A stretch of DNA of 64,000 nt from Bispira polyomma (lineage: Eukaryota): the NCBI GenBank assembly GCA_965649765.1, contig OZ287758.1:25854001-25918000 (forward strand), in the 5' to 3' direction. Below, piece after piece: positions 23,481 through 39,200 of the stretch. The notes beneath the pieces are model-generated. The model was not told the origin of the DNA and searched no databases. It saw only the letters and a list, made by a program, of their open reading frames with translations. Made by a program: the position numbers and the translations under genes. How positions within the stretch are numbered: position 1 is the stretch's first letter; each line of letters opens with the position of its first letter.

Positions 23481-24290
23481 CTGTAAAATATAAAAAATTT
23501 AATTTCATCAAACATCGCATGTAAGAGTAATGAAGAGAAACAAGATCAAATGCAACTTCAAGGGATTGTTGAAACTTTGTTTATGCGCCTTTTCCTAAAT
23601 ATAATTCTAAATTCTTAAGTGTTTGGTGTGGCGTCCAAATGGCCCATCGACAAGAATCATTCATTACCAAAAAATATTGATTCTTGTACTGCCGCAATCC
23701 ATATGGTGCTTTACTATTTCAAATATATTCCTAACGACAATACAATGTACAGAGAAGAGCTGTAACATATAGTTATGGCCCACCCAGTATTTAACAAGAA
23801 TTAAATATTTAAAGATTGTTTTTAATAAGTTATCTATAATATATCAATTGTGTGAAAATACTGATTTTTCCAAGATATAATCACCAATAAATTTAGGATG
23901 GGCCTCTAACTGCTGCAACACCACTAACAGATAATCAGTAAAATAGCAGAGATCATACATAAATAAACTATAGTGATCGGGTTGTATCAGGAACATAACA
24001 TACATTTTGCTAGAATATGTGTTACATATCAGTTCATTAAAAACTCGGGTTTTCGGGTTTTCCCCTTTAGCTCCACTGTTAGTGTACTGGACTATTAATC
24101 TCAAGGTCCATGACCACCCAGGATTGAATCCCAGCAGTAGCAAGCCTCTTTATTAGCTTACAGCAGTAAGCAAGTAATTTATGTTGTTTACACAACAATA
24201 ATGCCAATTCTATTAATGATGATACATGCACGAAAACAGAAAATATCCTCAGGTAGAGATAAAACAATATTTAGAATTAAATATTTGTAC

Positions 24291-27200
24291 CTGTAGTAGG
24301 CCTGCCACCCTCCTCTGTGGTGGTCACATCTTGTCCAGTAGTAGAAATACTACCATTACTACTGTCAGTTGTTATGTCTGTCTTTGTTGTAGTAGTAATT
24401 TTAATTGTCACATCACCAACACTACTAGTAACTTCAGACTGAGTTGTGACATCATACACACTAGTTGTTTCACTGTCTTTTGTTGTAGTTACATCTTGTT
24501 CAGTTGTACGTATTCCTCCAGTAGTGACAATGCTATCTGTTGTTATGTCTTTGTTTGTTGTAACCTCAGACTGGCTTGTGACATCACCACTGCTAGTTGC
24601 TTCACTGTCTTCTGTTGTGGATAAATCTTGTTCAGTAGTAGACATTCCGCCAGTAGTGACAATGCTAGATACTGTTATGTCTTGATCAGTTATAACTTCA
24701 GACTGAGTTGTGACATCGTCCACAAGAGTTGTTTCACTGTCTTCCATTGTGGATACATCTTGTTCAGTGGTAGACATTGCACCAGTAGTGACAATGCTTA
24801 ATGCTGTTATGTCTTTATCAGTTGTAACTTCAGTCGGAGTTGTGACATCACCTACACTAGTTGTTTTACTTTCTTCTGTTGTGGATACATCTTGTTCAGT
24901 GGTAGACATTCCACCAGTAGTGACAATGCTAGATACTGTTATGTCTTTATCAGTTGAAACTTCAGTCGGAGTTGTGACATCACCACTGCTAGTTGTCTCA
25001 CTGTCTTCTGTTGTGGATACATCTTGTTCAATGGTAGACATTCCACCAGTAGTGACAATGCTAGATACTGTTATGTCTTGATCAGTTGTAACTCCAGTCA
25101 GAGTTGTGACATCACTGCTAGTTGTTTCACTTTCTTCTGTTGTGGATACATCTTGTTCAGTGGTAGATATTCCACCAGTAGTGACAATGCCAGATATTGT
25201 TATGTCTTTATCAGTTGTAACTTCAGGCTGAGTTGTGACATCAACACTGCTAGTTGTTTCACTGTCTTCTGCTGTGGATACATCTTCTAGAGTGGTAGAT
25301 ATTCCACCAGTAGTGATAATGCTAGATACTGTTGTGTCTTCATCAGTTGTAACTTCAGTCGGAGTTGTGACATCACCACTGCTAGTTGTTGTAGGTACAT
25401 CTTGTTCAGTGGTAGGCATTCCACCAGTAGTGACAATGCCAGATATTGTTATGTCTTTATCAGTTGTAACTTCAGGCTGAGTTGTGACATCAACACTGCT
25501 AGTTGTTTCACTGTCTTCTGTTGTGGATACATCTTGTTCAGTGGTAGACATTCCACCAGTAGTGATAATGCTAGATACTGTTATGTCTTCATCAGTTGTA
25601 ACTTCAGTCGGAGTTGTGATATCACCACTGCTGGTTGTTTCACTGTCTTCTGTTGTGGATACATCTTGTTCAGTGGTAGACATTCTGCTAGTAGTGACAA
25701 TGCTAGATACTGTTATGTCTTTATCAGTTGTAACTTCAGGCTGAGTTGTGACATCAACACTGCTAGTTGTTTCACTGTCTTCTGCTGTGGATACATCTTC
25801 TATTGTGGTAGATATTCCACCAGTAGTGATGATGCTAGATACAGTTATGACTTCATCAGTTGTAACTTCAGTCGGAGTTGTGACATCACCACTGCTAGTT
25901 GTTGTAGGTACATCTTGTTCAGTGGTAGGCATTCCACCAGTAGTGACAATGCCAGATATTGTTATGTCTTTATCAGTTGTAACTTCAGGCTGAGTTGTGA
26001 CATCAACACTGCTAGTTGTTTCACTGTCTTCTGTTGTGGATACATCTTGTTCAGTGGTAGACATTCCACCAGTAGTGATAATGCTAGATACTGTTATGTC
26101 TTCATCAGTTGTAACTTCAGTCGGAGTTGTGATATCACCACTGCTGGTTGTTTCACTGTCTTCTGTTGTGGATACATCTTGTTCAGTGGTAGACATTCCG
26201 CTAGTAGTGACAATGCTAGATACTGTTATGTCTTTATCAGTTGTAACTTCAGGCTGAGTTGTGACATCAACACTGCTAGTTGTTTCACTGTCTTCTGCTG
26301 TGGATACATCTTCTATTGTGGTAGATATTCCACCAGTAGTGATGATGCTAGATACAGTTATGACTTCATCAGTTGTAACTTCAGTCGGAATTGTGACATC
26401 ACCACTGCTAGTTGTTTCACTGTCTTCTGTTGTGGATACATCTTGTTCAATGGTAGACATTCCACCAGTAGTGACAATGCTAGATACTGTTATGTCTTCA
26501 TCAGTTGTAACTTCAGTCGGAGTTGTGACATCACTGCTAGTTGTTTCACTTTCTTCTGTTGTGGATACATCTTCTTCAGTGGTAGACATTCCACCAGTAG
26601 TGACAATGCTAGATGCTGTTGTGGCTTGATCAGTTGTAACTTCAGTCAGAGTTGTGACATCACCCAAACTAGTTGTTTCACTGTCTTCTGTTGTTGACAC
26701 ATCTTGTTCAGTGGTAGACATTCCACCAGTAGTGACAATGCTAGATGCTGTTATGTCTTGATCAGTTGTAACTCCAGGCTGAGTTGTGACATCAACACTG
26801 CTAGCTGTTTCACTGTCTCCTGTTGTAGATACATCTTGTTCAGTGGTAGGCATTCCACTAGTAGTTACAATGCTAGATATTGTTATGTCTTCATCAGTTG
26901 TAACTTCAGGCTGAGTTGTGACATCACCCACACTAGTTGTTTCACTGTCTTCCGTTGTGGATACATCTTGTTCAGTGGTAGACATTCCACCAGTAGTGAC
27001 AATGCTAGATACTGTTATGTCTTGATCAGATGTAACTTCAGGCTGACTTGTGACATCACCATTGCTAGTTGTTTCACTGTCTCCTGTTGTAGATACATCT
27101 TGTTCAGTGGTAGGCATTCCACTAGTAGTTACAATGCTAGATATTGTTATGTCTTGATCAGTTGTAACTTCAGGCTGACTTGTGACATCACCACTGCTAG

Positions 27201-30200
27201 TTGTTTCACTTTCTTCTGTTGTGGATACATCTTGATCAGTGGTAGACATTCCACCAGTAGTGACAATGCCAGATATTGTTATGTCTTTATCAGTTGTAAC
27301 TCCAGTCAGAGTTGTGACATCACTGCTAGTTGTTTCACTTTCTTCTGTTGTGGATACATCTTGTTCAGTGGTAGATATTCCACCAGTAGTGACAATGCCA
27401 GATATTGTTATGTCTTTATCAGTTGTAACTTCAGGCTGAGTTGTGACATCAACACTGCTAGTTGTTTCACTGTCTTCTGCTGTGGATACATCTTCTAGAG
27501 TGGTAGATATTCCACCAGTAGTGATAATGCTAGATACTGTTGTGTCTTCATCAGTTGTAACTTCAGTCGGAGTTGTGACATCACCACTGCTAGTTGTTGT
27601 AGGTACATCTTGTTCAGTGGTAGGCATTCCACCAGTAGTGACAATGCCAGATATTGTTATGTCTTTATCAGTTGTAACTTCAGGCTGAGTTGTGACATCA
27701 ACACTGCTAGTTGTTTCACTGTCTTCTGTTGTGGATACATCTTGTTCAGTGGTAGACATTCCACCAGTAGTGATAATGCTAGATACTGTTATGTCTTCAT
27801 CAGTTGTAACTTCAGTCGGAGTTGTGATATCACCACTGCTGGTTGTTTCACTGTCTTCTGTTGTGGATACATCTTGTTCAGTGGTAGACATTCTGCTAGT
27901 AGTGACAATGCTAGATACTGTTATGTCTTTATCAGTTGTAACTTCAGGCTGAGTTGTGACATCAACACTGCTAGTTGTTTCACTGTCTTCTGCTGTGGAT
28001 ACATCTTCTATTGTGGTAGATATTCCACCAGTAGTGATGATGCTAGATACAGTTATGACTTCATCAGTTGTAACTTCAGTCGGAGTTGTGACATCACCAC
28101 TGCTAGTTGTTGTAGGTACATCTTGTTCAGTGGTAGGCATTCCACCAGTAGTGACAATGCCAGATATTGTTATGTCTTTATCAGTTGTAACTTCAGGCTG
28201 AGTTGTGACATCAACACTGCTAGTTGTTTCACTGTCTTCTGTTGTGGATACATCTTGTTCAGTGGTAGACATTCCACCAGTAGTGATAATGCTAGATACT
28301 GTTATGTCTTCATCAGTTGTAACTTCAGTCGGAGTTGTGATATCACCACTGCTGGTTGTTTCACTGTCTTCTGTTGTGGATACATCTTGTTCAGTGGTAG
28401 ACATTCCGCTAGTAGTGACAATGCTAGATACTGTTATGTCTTTATCAGTTGTAACTTCAGGCTGAGTTGTGACATCAACACTGCTAGTTGTTTCACTGTC
28501 TTCTGCTGTGGATACATCTTCTATTGTGGTAGATATTCCACCAGTAGTGATGATGCTAGATACAGTTATGACTTCATCAGTTGTAACTTCAGTCGGAATT
28601 GTGACATCACCACTGCTAGTTGTTTCACTGTCTTCTGTTGTGGATACATCTTGTTCAATGGTAGACATTCCACCAGTAGTGACAATGCTAGATACTGTTA
28701 TGTCTTCATCAGTTGTAACTTCAGTCGGAGTTGTGACATCACTGCTAGTTGTTTCACTTTCTTCTGTTGTGGATACATCTTCTTCAGTGGTAGACATTCC
28801 ACCAGTAGTGACAATGCTAGATGCTGTTGTGGCTTGATCAGTTGTAACTTCAGTCAGAGTTGTGACATCACCCAAACTAGTTGTTTCACTGTCTTCTGTT
28901 GTTGACACATCTTGTTCAGTGGTAGACATTCCACCAGTAGTGACAATGCTAGATGCTGTTATGTCTTGATCAGTTGTAACTCCAGGCTGAGTTGTGACAT
29001 CAACACTGCTAGCTGTTTCACTGTCTCCTGTTGTAGATACATCTTGTTCAGTGGTAGGCATTCCACTAGTAGTTACAATGCTAGATATTGTTATGTCTTC
29101 ATCAGTTGTAACTTCAGGCTGAGTTGTGACATCACCCACACTAGTTGTTTCACTGTCTTCCGTTGTGGATACATCTTGTTCAGTGGTAGACATTCCACCA
29201 GTAGTGACAATGCTAGATACTGTTATGTCTTGATCAGATGTAACTTCAGGCTGACTTGTGACATCACCATTGCTAGTTGTTTCACTGTCTCCTGTTGTAG
29301 ATACATCTTGTTCAGTGGTAGGCATTCCACTAGTAGTTACAATGCTAGATATTGTTATGTCTTGATCAGTTGTAACTTCAGGCTGACTTGTGACATCACC
29401 ACTGCTAGTTGTTTCACTTTCTTCTGTTGTGGATACATCTTGATCAGTGGTAGACATTCCACCAGTAGTGACAATGCCAGATATTGTTATGTCTTTATCA
29501 GTTGTAACTTCAGGCTGAGTTGTGACATCAACACTGCTAGTTGTTTCACTGTCTTCTGCTGTGGATACATCTTCTATTGTGGTAGATATTCCACCAGTAG
29601 TGATGATGCTAGATACAGTTATGACTTCATCAGTTGTAACTTCAGTCGGAATTGTGACATCACCACTGCTAGTTGTTTCACTGTCTTCTGTTGTGGATAC
29701 ATCTTGTTCAATGGTAGACATTCCACCAGTAGTGACAATGCTAGATACTGTTATGTCTTCATCAGTTGTAACTTCAGTCGGAGTTGTGACATCACTGCTA
29801 GTTGTTTCACTTTCTTCTGTTGTGGATACATCTTCTTCAGTGGTAGACATTCCACCAGTAGTGACAATGCTAGATGCTGTTGTGGCTTGATCAGTTGTAA
29901 CTTCAGTCAGAGTTGTGACATCACCCAAACTAGTTGTTTCACTGTCTTCTGTTGTTGACACATCTTGTTCAGTGGTAGACATTCCACCAGTAGTGACAAT
30001 GCTAGATGCTGTTATGTCTTGATCAGTTGTAACTCCAGGCTGAGTTGTGACATCAACACTGCTAGCTGTTTCACTCTCTCCTGTTGTAGATACATCTTGT
30101 TCAGCGGTAGGCATTCCACTAGTAGTTACAATGCTAGATATTGTTATGTCTTCATCAGTTGTAACTTCAGGCTGAGTTGTGACATCACCCACACTAGTTG

Positions 30201-33200
30201 TTTCACTGTCTTCCGTTGTGGATACATCTTGTTCAGTGGTAGACATTCCACCAGTAGTGACAATGCTAGATACTGTTATGTCTTGATCAGATGTAACTTC
30301 AGGCTGACTTGTGACATCACCATTGCTAGTTGTTTCACTGTCTCCTGTTGTAGATACATCTTGTTCAGTGGTAGGCATTCCACTAGTAGTTACAATGCTA
30401 GATATTGTTATGTCTTCATCAGTTATAACTTCAGGCTGAGTTGTGACATCACCACTGCTAGTTGTTTCAGTGGCTCCTGTTGTGGATACACCTTGTTCAG
30501 TGGTAGACATTCCACCAGTAGGGATAATGCTAGATACTGTTATGTCTTTATCAGTTGTAACTTCAGGTTGACTTGTGACATCATCACTGCTAGTTGTTTC
30601 AGTGTCTCCTGTTGTGGATACATCTTGTTCAGTGGTAGGCATTCCACCAGTAGTGACAATGCTAGATATTGTTATGTCTTCATTAGTTGTAACTTCAGGC
30701 TGAGTTGTGACATCACCACTGCTAGTTGTTTCACTGTCTTCTGTTGTGGATACATCTTGTTCAGTGGTAGATATTCCACCAGTAGTGACAATGCTAGATG
30801 CTGTTGTGGCTTGATCAGTTGTAACTTCAGTCGGAGTTGTGACATCACCACTACTAGTTGTTTTACTGTCTTCTGTTGTGGATACATCCTGTTCAGTGGT
30901 AGGCATTCCACCAGTAGTGACAATGCCAGATATTGTTATGTCTTGATCAGATGTAACTTCAGGCTGACTTGTGACATCACCACTGCTAGTTGTTTCAGTG
31001 GCTCCTGTTGTGGATACATCTGATTCAGTGGTAGGCATTCCACCAGTAGTGACAATGCTAGATATTGTTATGTCTTTATCAGTTGTAACTTCAGGCTGAG
31101 TTGTGATATCAACACTGCTAGTTGTTTCACTTTCTTCTGCTGTGGATACATCTTCTATAGTGGTAGATATTGCACCAGTAGTGATAATGCTAGATACTCT
31201 TATGTCTTGATCAGTTGTAACTTCAGGCTGAGTTGTGACATCACCACTACTAGTTGTTTCACTGTCTTCTGTTGTGGATACATCTTGCTCAGTGGTAGAT
31301 ATTCCACCAGTAGTGAAAATGCTAGATACTGTTATGTCTTCATCAGTTGTAACTTCAGGCTGACTTGTGACATCACCACTGCTAGTTGTTTCACTTTCTT
31401 CTGTTGTGGATACATCTTGATCAGTGGTAGACATTCCACCAGTAGTGACAATGCCAGATATTGTTATGTCTTTATCAGTTGTAACTTCAGGCTGAGTTGT
31501 GACATCAACACTGCTAGTTGTTTCACTGTCTTCTGTTGTGGATACATCTTGTTCAGTGGTAGACATTCCACCAGTAGTGATAATGCTAGATACTGTTATG
31601 TCTTCATCAGTTGTAACTTCAGGCTGAGTTGTGACATCATCACTACTAGTTGTTTCACTGTCTTCTGCTGTGGATACATCTTGTTCAGTGGTAGACATTC
31701 CACCAGTAGTGAAAATGTTAGATACTGTTATGTCTTCATCAGTTGAAGCTTCAGTCGGAGTTGTGATATCAACACTGCTGGTTGTTTCACTGTCTTCTGT
31801 TGTGGATACATCTTGTTCAGTGGTAGACATTCCGCTAGTAGTGACAATGCTAGATACTGTTATGTCTTTATCAGTTGTAACTTCAGGCTGAGTTGTGACA
31901 TCAACACTGCTAGTTGTTTCACTGTCTTCTGCTGTGGATACATCTTCTATTGTGGTAGATATTCCACCAGTAGTGATGATGCTAGATACAGTTATGACTT
32001 CATCAGTTGTAACTTCAGTCGGAATTGTGACATCACCACTGCTAGTTGTTTCACTGTCTTCTGTTGTGGATACATCTTGTTCAATGGTAGACATTCCACC
32101 AGTAGTGACAATGCTAGATACTGTTATGTCTTCATCAGTTGTAACTTCAGTCGGAGTTGTGACATCACTGCTAGTTGTTTCACTATCTTCTGTTGTGGAT
32201 ACATCTTCTTCAGTGGTAGACATTCCACCAGTAGTGACAATGCTAGATGCTGTTGTGGCTTGATCAGTTGTAACTTCAGTCAGAGTTGTGACATCACCCA
32301 AACTAGTTGTTTCACTGTCTTCTGTTGTTGACACATCTTGTTCAGTGGTAGACATTCCACCAGTAGTGACAATGCCAGATGCTGTTATGTCTTGATCAGT
32401 TGTAACTCCAGGCTGAGTTGTGACATCAACACTGCTAGCTGTTTCACTGTCTCCTGTTGTAGATACATCTTGTTCAGCGGTAGGCATTCCACTAGTAGTT
32501 ACAATGCTAGATATTGTTATGTCTTCATCAGTTGTAACTTCAGGCTGAGTTGTGACATCACCCACACTAGTTGTTTCACTGTCTTCCGTTGTGGATACAT
32601 CTTGTTCAGTGGTAGACATTCCACCAGTAGTGACAATGCTAGATACTGTTATGTCTTTATCAGTTGTAACTTCAGGTTGACTTGTGACATCATCACTGCT
32701 AGTTGTTTCAGTGTCTCCTGTTGTGGATACATCTTGTTCAGTGGTAGGCATTCCACCAGTAGTGACAATGCTAGATATTGTTATGTCTTCATTAGTTGTA
32801 ACTTCAGTCTGAGTTGTGACATCACCACTGCTAGTTGTTTCACTGTCTTCTGTTGTGGATACATCTTGTTCAGTGGTAGATATTCCACCAGTAGTGACAA
32901 TGCTAGATGCTGTTATGTCTTGATCAGTTGTAACTTCAGTCGGAGTTGTGACATCACCACTACTAGTTGTTTCACTGTCTTCTGTTGTGGATACATCCTG
33001 TTCAGTGGTAGGCATTCCACCAGTAGTTACAATGCCAGATATTGTTATGTCTTGATCAGTTATAACTTCAGGCTGAGTTGTGACATCACCACTGCTAGTT
33101 GTTTCAGTGGCTCCTGTTGTGGATACATCTGATTCAGTGGTAGGCATTCCACCAGTAGTGACAATGCTAGATATTGTTATGTCTTTATCAGTTGTAACTT

Positions 33201-36200
33201 CAGGCTGAGTTGTGATATCAACACTGCTAGTTGTTTCACTGTCTTCTGCTGTGGATACATCTTCTATAGTGGTAGATATTCCTCCAGTAGTGATAATGCT
33301 AGATACTGTTATGTCTTGATCAGTTGTAACTTCAGGCTGAGTTGTGACATCACCACTATTAGTTGTTTCACTGTCTTCTGTTGTGGATACATCTTGCTCA
33401 GTGGTAGATATTCCACCAGTAGTGAAAATGCTAGATACTGTTATGTCTTGATCAGTTGTAACTTCAGGCTGACTTGTGACATCACCACTGCTAGTTGTTT
33501 CACTTTCTTCTGTTGTGGATACATCTTGATCAGTGGTAGACATTCCACCAGTAGTGACAATGCCAGATATTGTTATGTCTTTATCAGTTGTAACTTCAGG
33601 CTGAGTTGTGACATCAACACTGCTAGTTGTTTCACTGTCTTCTGCTGTGGATACATCTTCTAGAGTGGTAGATATTCCACCAGTAGTGATGATGCTAGAT
33701 ACTGTTATGTCTTCATCAGTTGTAACTTCAGTCGGAGTTGTGACATCACTGCTAGTTGTTTCACTTTCTTCTGTTGTGGATACATCTTCTTCAGTGGTAG
33801 ACATTCCACCAGTAGTGACAATGCTAGATGCTGTTGTGGCTTGATCAGTCGTAACTTCAGTCAGAGTTGTGACATCACCCACACTAGTTGTTTCACTGTC
33901 TTCTGTTGTGGATACATCTTGTTCAGTGGTAGACATTCCACCAGTAGTGACAATGCTAGATGCTGTTATGTCTTTATCAGTTGTAATTTCAGTTCGGGTT
34001 GTGACATCACCACTGCTAGTTGTTTCACTGTCTCCTGTTGTAGATACATATTGTTCAGTGGTAAGCATTCCACTAGTAGTTACAATGCTAGATATTGTTA
34101 TGTCTTCATCAGTTATAACTTCAGGCTGAGTTGTGACATCAACACTGCTAGTTGTTTCACTGTCTTCTGCTGTGGATACATCTTCTAGAGTGGTAGATAT
34201 TCCACCAGTAGTGATAATGCTAGATACTGTTATGTCTTCATCAGTTGTAACTTCAGTCGGAGTTGTGACATCAACACTGCTAGCTGTTTCACTGTCTCCT
34301 GTTGTAGATACATCTTGTTCAGCGGTAGGCATTCCACTAGTAGTTACAATGCTAGATATTGTTATGTCTTCATCAGTTGTAACTTCAGGCTGAGTTGTGA
34401 CATCAACACTGCTAGCTGTTTCACTGTCTCCTGTTGTAGATACATCTTGTTCAGTGGTAGACATTCCGCTAGTAGTGACAATGCTAGATACTGTTATGTC
34501 TTCATCAGTTATAACTTCAGGCTGAGTTGTGACATCACCACTGCTAGTTGTTTCAGTGGCTCCTGTTGTGGATACATCTTGTTCAGTGGTAGACATTCCA
34601 CCAGTAGGGATAATGCTAGATACTGTTATGTCTTTATCAGTTGTAACTTCAGGTTGACTTGTGACATCATCACTGCTAGTTGTTTCAGTGTCTCCTGTTG
34701 TGGATACATCTTGTTCAGTGGTAGGCATTCCACCAGTAGTGACAATGCTAGATATTGTTATGTCTTCATTAGTTGTAACTTCAGGCTGAGTTGTGACATC
34801 ACCACTGCTAGTTGTTTCACTGTCTTCTGTTGTGGATACATCTTGTTCAGTGGTAGATATTCCACCAGTAGTGACAATGCTAGATGCTGTTATGTCTTGA
34901 TCAGTTGTAACTTCAGTCGGAGTTGTGACATCACCACTACTAGTTGTTTCACTGTCTTCTGTTGTGGATACATCCTTTTCAGTGGTAGGCATTCCACCAG
35001 TAGTGACAATGCCAGATATTGTTATGTCTTGATCAGATGTAACTTCAGGCTGACTTGTGACATCACCACTGCTAGTTGTTTCAGTGGCTCCTGTTGTGGA
35101 TACATCTGATTCAGTGGTAGGCATTCCACCAGTAGTGACAATGCTAGATATTGTTATGTCTTTATCAGTTGTAACTTCAGGCTGAGTTGTGACATCAACA
35201 CTGCTAGTTGTTTCACTGTCTTCTGCTGTGGATACATCTTCTAGAGTGGTAGATATTCCACCAGTAGTGATAATGTTAGATACTGTTATGTCTTCATCAG
35301 TTGTAACTTCAGTCGGAGTTGTGACATCACCACTGCTAGTTGTTGTAGGTACATCTTGTTCAGTGGTAGGCATTCCACCAGTAGTGACAATGCCAGATAT
35401 TGTTATGTCTTTATCAGTTGTAACTTCAGGCTGAGTTGTGACATCAACACTGCTAGTTGTTTCACTGTCTTCTGTTGTGGATACATCTTGTTCAGTGGTA
35501 GACATTCCACCAGTAGTGATAATGCTAGATACTGTTATGTCTTCATCAGTTGTAACTTCAGGCTGAGTTGTGACATCATCACTACTAGTTGTTTCACTGT
35601 CTTCTGTTGTGGATACATCTTGTTCAGTGGTAGACATTCCACCAGTAGTGAAAATGTTAGATACTGTTATGTCTTCATCAGTTGAAGCTTCAGTCGGAGT
35701 TGTGATATCACCACTGCTGGTTGTTTCACTGTCTTCTGTTGTGGATACATCTTGTTCAGTGGTAGACATTCCACCAGTAGTGACAATGCTAGATACTGTT
35801 ATGTCTTTATCAGTTGTAACTTCAGACTGAGTTGTGACATCAACACTGCTAGTTGTTTCACTGTCTTCTGCTGTGGATACATCTTCTATTGTGGTAGATA
35901 TTCCACCAGTAGTGATGATGCTAGATACAGTTATGACTTCATCAGTTGTAACTTCAGTCGGAGTTGTGACATCACCACTGCTAGTTGTTTCACTGTCTTC
36001 TGTTGTGGATACATCTTGTTCAATGGTAGACATTCCACCAGTAGTGACAATGCTAGATACTGTTATGTCTTCATCAGTTGTAACTTCAGTCGGAGTTGTG
36101 ACATCACTGTTAGTTGTTTCACTTTCTTCTGTTGTGGATACATCTTCTTCAGTGGTAGACATTCCACCAGTAGTGACAATGCTAGATGCTGTTGTGGCTT

Positions 36201-39200
36201 GATCAGTTGTAACTTCAGTCAGAGTTGTGACATCACCCACACTAGTTGTTTCACTGTCTTCTGTTGTGGATACATCTTGTTCAGTGGTAGACATTCCACC
36301 AGTAGTGACAATGCTAGATGCTGTTATGTCTTTATCAGTTGTAATTTCAGTTCGGGTTGTGACATCACCACTGCTAGTTGTTTCACTGTCTCCTGTTGTA
36401 GATACATATTGTTCAGTGGTAAGCATTCCACTAGTAGTTACAATGCTAGATATTGTTATGTCTTCATCAGTTATAACTTCAGGCTGAGTTGTGACATCAC
36501 CACTGCTAGTTGTTTCAGTGGCTCCTGTTGTGGATACATCTTGTTCAGTGGTAGACATTCCACCAGTAGGGATAATGCTAGATACTGTTATGTCTTTATC
36601 AGTTGTAACTTCAGGTTGACTTGTGACATCATCACTGCTAGTTGTTTCACTGTCTCCTGTTGTGGATACATCTTGTTCAGTGGTAGGCATTCCACCAGTA
36701 GTGACAATGCTAGATATTGTTATGTCTTCATTAGTTGTAACTTCAGGCTGAGTTGTGACATCAACACTGCTAGTTGTTTCACTGTCTTCTGCTGTGGATA
36801 CATCTTCTATAGTGGTAGATATTCCACCAGTAGTGATAATGCTAGATACTGTTATGTCTTCATCAGTTGTAACTTCAGGCTGAGTTATGACATCACCACT
36901 ACTAGTTGTTTCACTGTCTTCTGTTGTGGATACATCTTGCTCAGTGGTAGATATTCCACCAGTAGTGAAAATGCTAGATACTGTTATATCTTGATCAGTT
37001 GTAACTTCAGGCTGACTTGTGACATCACCACTGCTAGTTGTTTCACTTTCTTCTGTTATGGATACATCTTGATCAGTGGTAGACATTCCACCAGTAGTGA
37101 CAATGCCAGATATTGTTATGTCTTTATCAGTTGTAACTTCAGGCTGAGTTGTGACATCAACACTGCTAGTTGTTTCACTGTCTTCTGCTGTGGATACATC
37201 TTCTAGAGTGGTAGATATTCCACCAGTAGTGATAATGCTAGATACTGTTATGTCTTCATTAGTTGTAACTTCAGTCGGAGTTGTGACATCAACACTGCTA
37301 GTTGTTGTGGATACATCTTGTTCAGTGGTAGACATTCCACCAGTAGTGAAAATGTTAGATACTGTTATGTCTTCATCAGTTGAAGCTTCAGTCGGAGTTG
37401 TGATATCACCACTGCTGGTTGTTTCACTGTCTTCTGTTGTGGATACATCTTGTTCAGTGGTAGACATTCCGCTAGTAGTGACAATGCTAGATACTGTTAT
37501 GTCTTTATCAGTTGTAACTTCAGGCTGAGTTGTGACATCAACACTGCTAGTTGTTTCACTGTCTTCTGCTGTGGATACATCTTCTATTGTGGTAGATATT
37601 CCACCAGTAGTGATGATGCTAGATACAGTTATGACTTCATCAGTTGCAACTTCAGTCGGAGTTGTGACATCACCACTGCTAGTTGTTTCACTGTCTTCTG
37701 TTGTGGATACATCCTGTTCAATGGTAGACATTCCACCAGTAGTGACAATGCTAGATACTGTTATGTCTTCATCAGTTGTAACTTCAGTCGGAGTTGTGAC
37801 ATCACTGCTAGTTGTTTCACTTTCTTCTGTTGTGGATACATCTTCTTCAGTGGTAGACATTCCACCAGTAGTGACAATGCTAGATGCTGTTGTGGCTTGA
37901 TCGGTTGTAACATCACCCACACTAGTTGTTTCACTGTCTTCTGTTGTGGATACATCTTGTTCAGTGGTAGACATTCCACCAGTAGTGACAATGCTAGATG
38001 CTGTTATGTCTTTATCAGTTGTAATTTCAGTTCGGGTTGTGACATCACCACTGCTAGTTGTTTCACTGTCTCCTGTTGTAGATACATCTTGTTCAGTGGT
38101 AAGCATTCCACTAGTAGTTAAAATGCTAGATATTGTTATGTCTTCATCAGTTATAACTTCAGGCTGAGTTGTGACATCAACACTGCTAGTTGTTTCACTG
38201 TCTTCTGTTGTGGATACATCTTGTTCAGTGGTAGACATTCCACCAGTAGGGATAATGCTAGATAGTGTTATGGCTTTATCAGTTGTAACTTCAGGTTGAC
38301 TTGTGACATCACCACTGCTAGTTGTTTCACTGTCTTCTGTTGTGGATACATCTTGTTCAGTGGTAGATATTCCACCAGTAGTGATAATGCTAGATGCTGT
38401 TATGTCTTGATCAGTTGTAACTTCAGTCCGAGTTGTGACATCACCACTACTAGTTGTTTCACTGTCTTCTGTTGTGGATACATCCTGTTCAGTGGTAGGC
38501 ATTCCACCAGTAGTGATAATGCCAGATATTGTTATGTCTTTATCAGTTGTAACTTCCGGCTGAGTTGTGACATCACTCACACTAGTTGTTTCACTGTCTT
38601 CCGTTGTGGATACATCTTGTTCAGTGGTAGACATTCCACCAGTAGTGATAATGCTAGATACTGTTATGTCTTGATCAGAAGTAACTTCAGGCTGACTTGT
38701 GACATCACCACTGCTAGTTGTTTCAGTGGCTCCTGTTGTGGATACATCTGATTCAGTGGTAGGCATTGCACCAGTAGTGACAATGCTTAATGCTGTTATG
38801 TCTTTATCAGTTGTAACTTCAGGCTGAGTTGTGACATCAACACTGCTAGTTGTTTCACTGTCTTCTGTTGTGGATACATCTTCTATAGTGGTAGATATTC
38901 CATCAGTAGTGATAATTCTAGATACTGTTATGTCTTGATCAGTTGTAACTTCAGGCTGAGTTATGACATCACCACTACTAGTTGTTTCACTGTCTTCTGT
39001 TGTGGATACATCTTGCTCAGTGGTAGATATTCCACCAGTAGTGAAAATGCTAGATACTGTTATGTCTTGATCAGTTGTAACTTCAGGCTGACTTGTGACA
39101 TCACCACTGCTAGTTGTTTCACTTTCTTCTGTTGTGGATACATCTTGATCAGTGGTAGACATTCCACCAGTAGTGACAATGCCAGATATTGTTATGTCTT

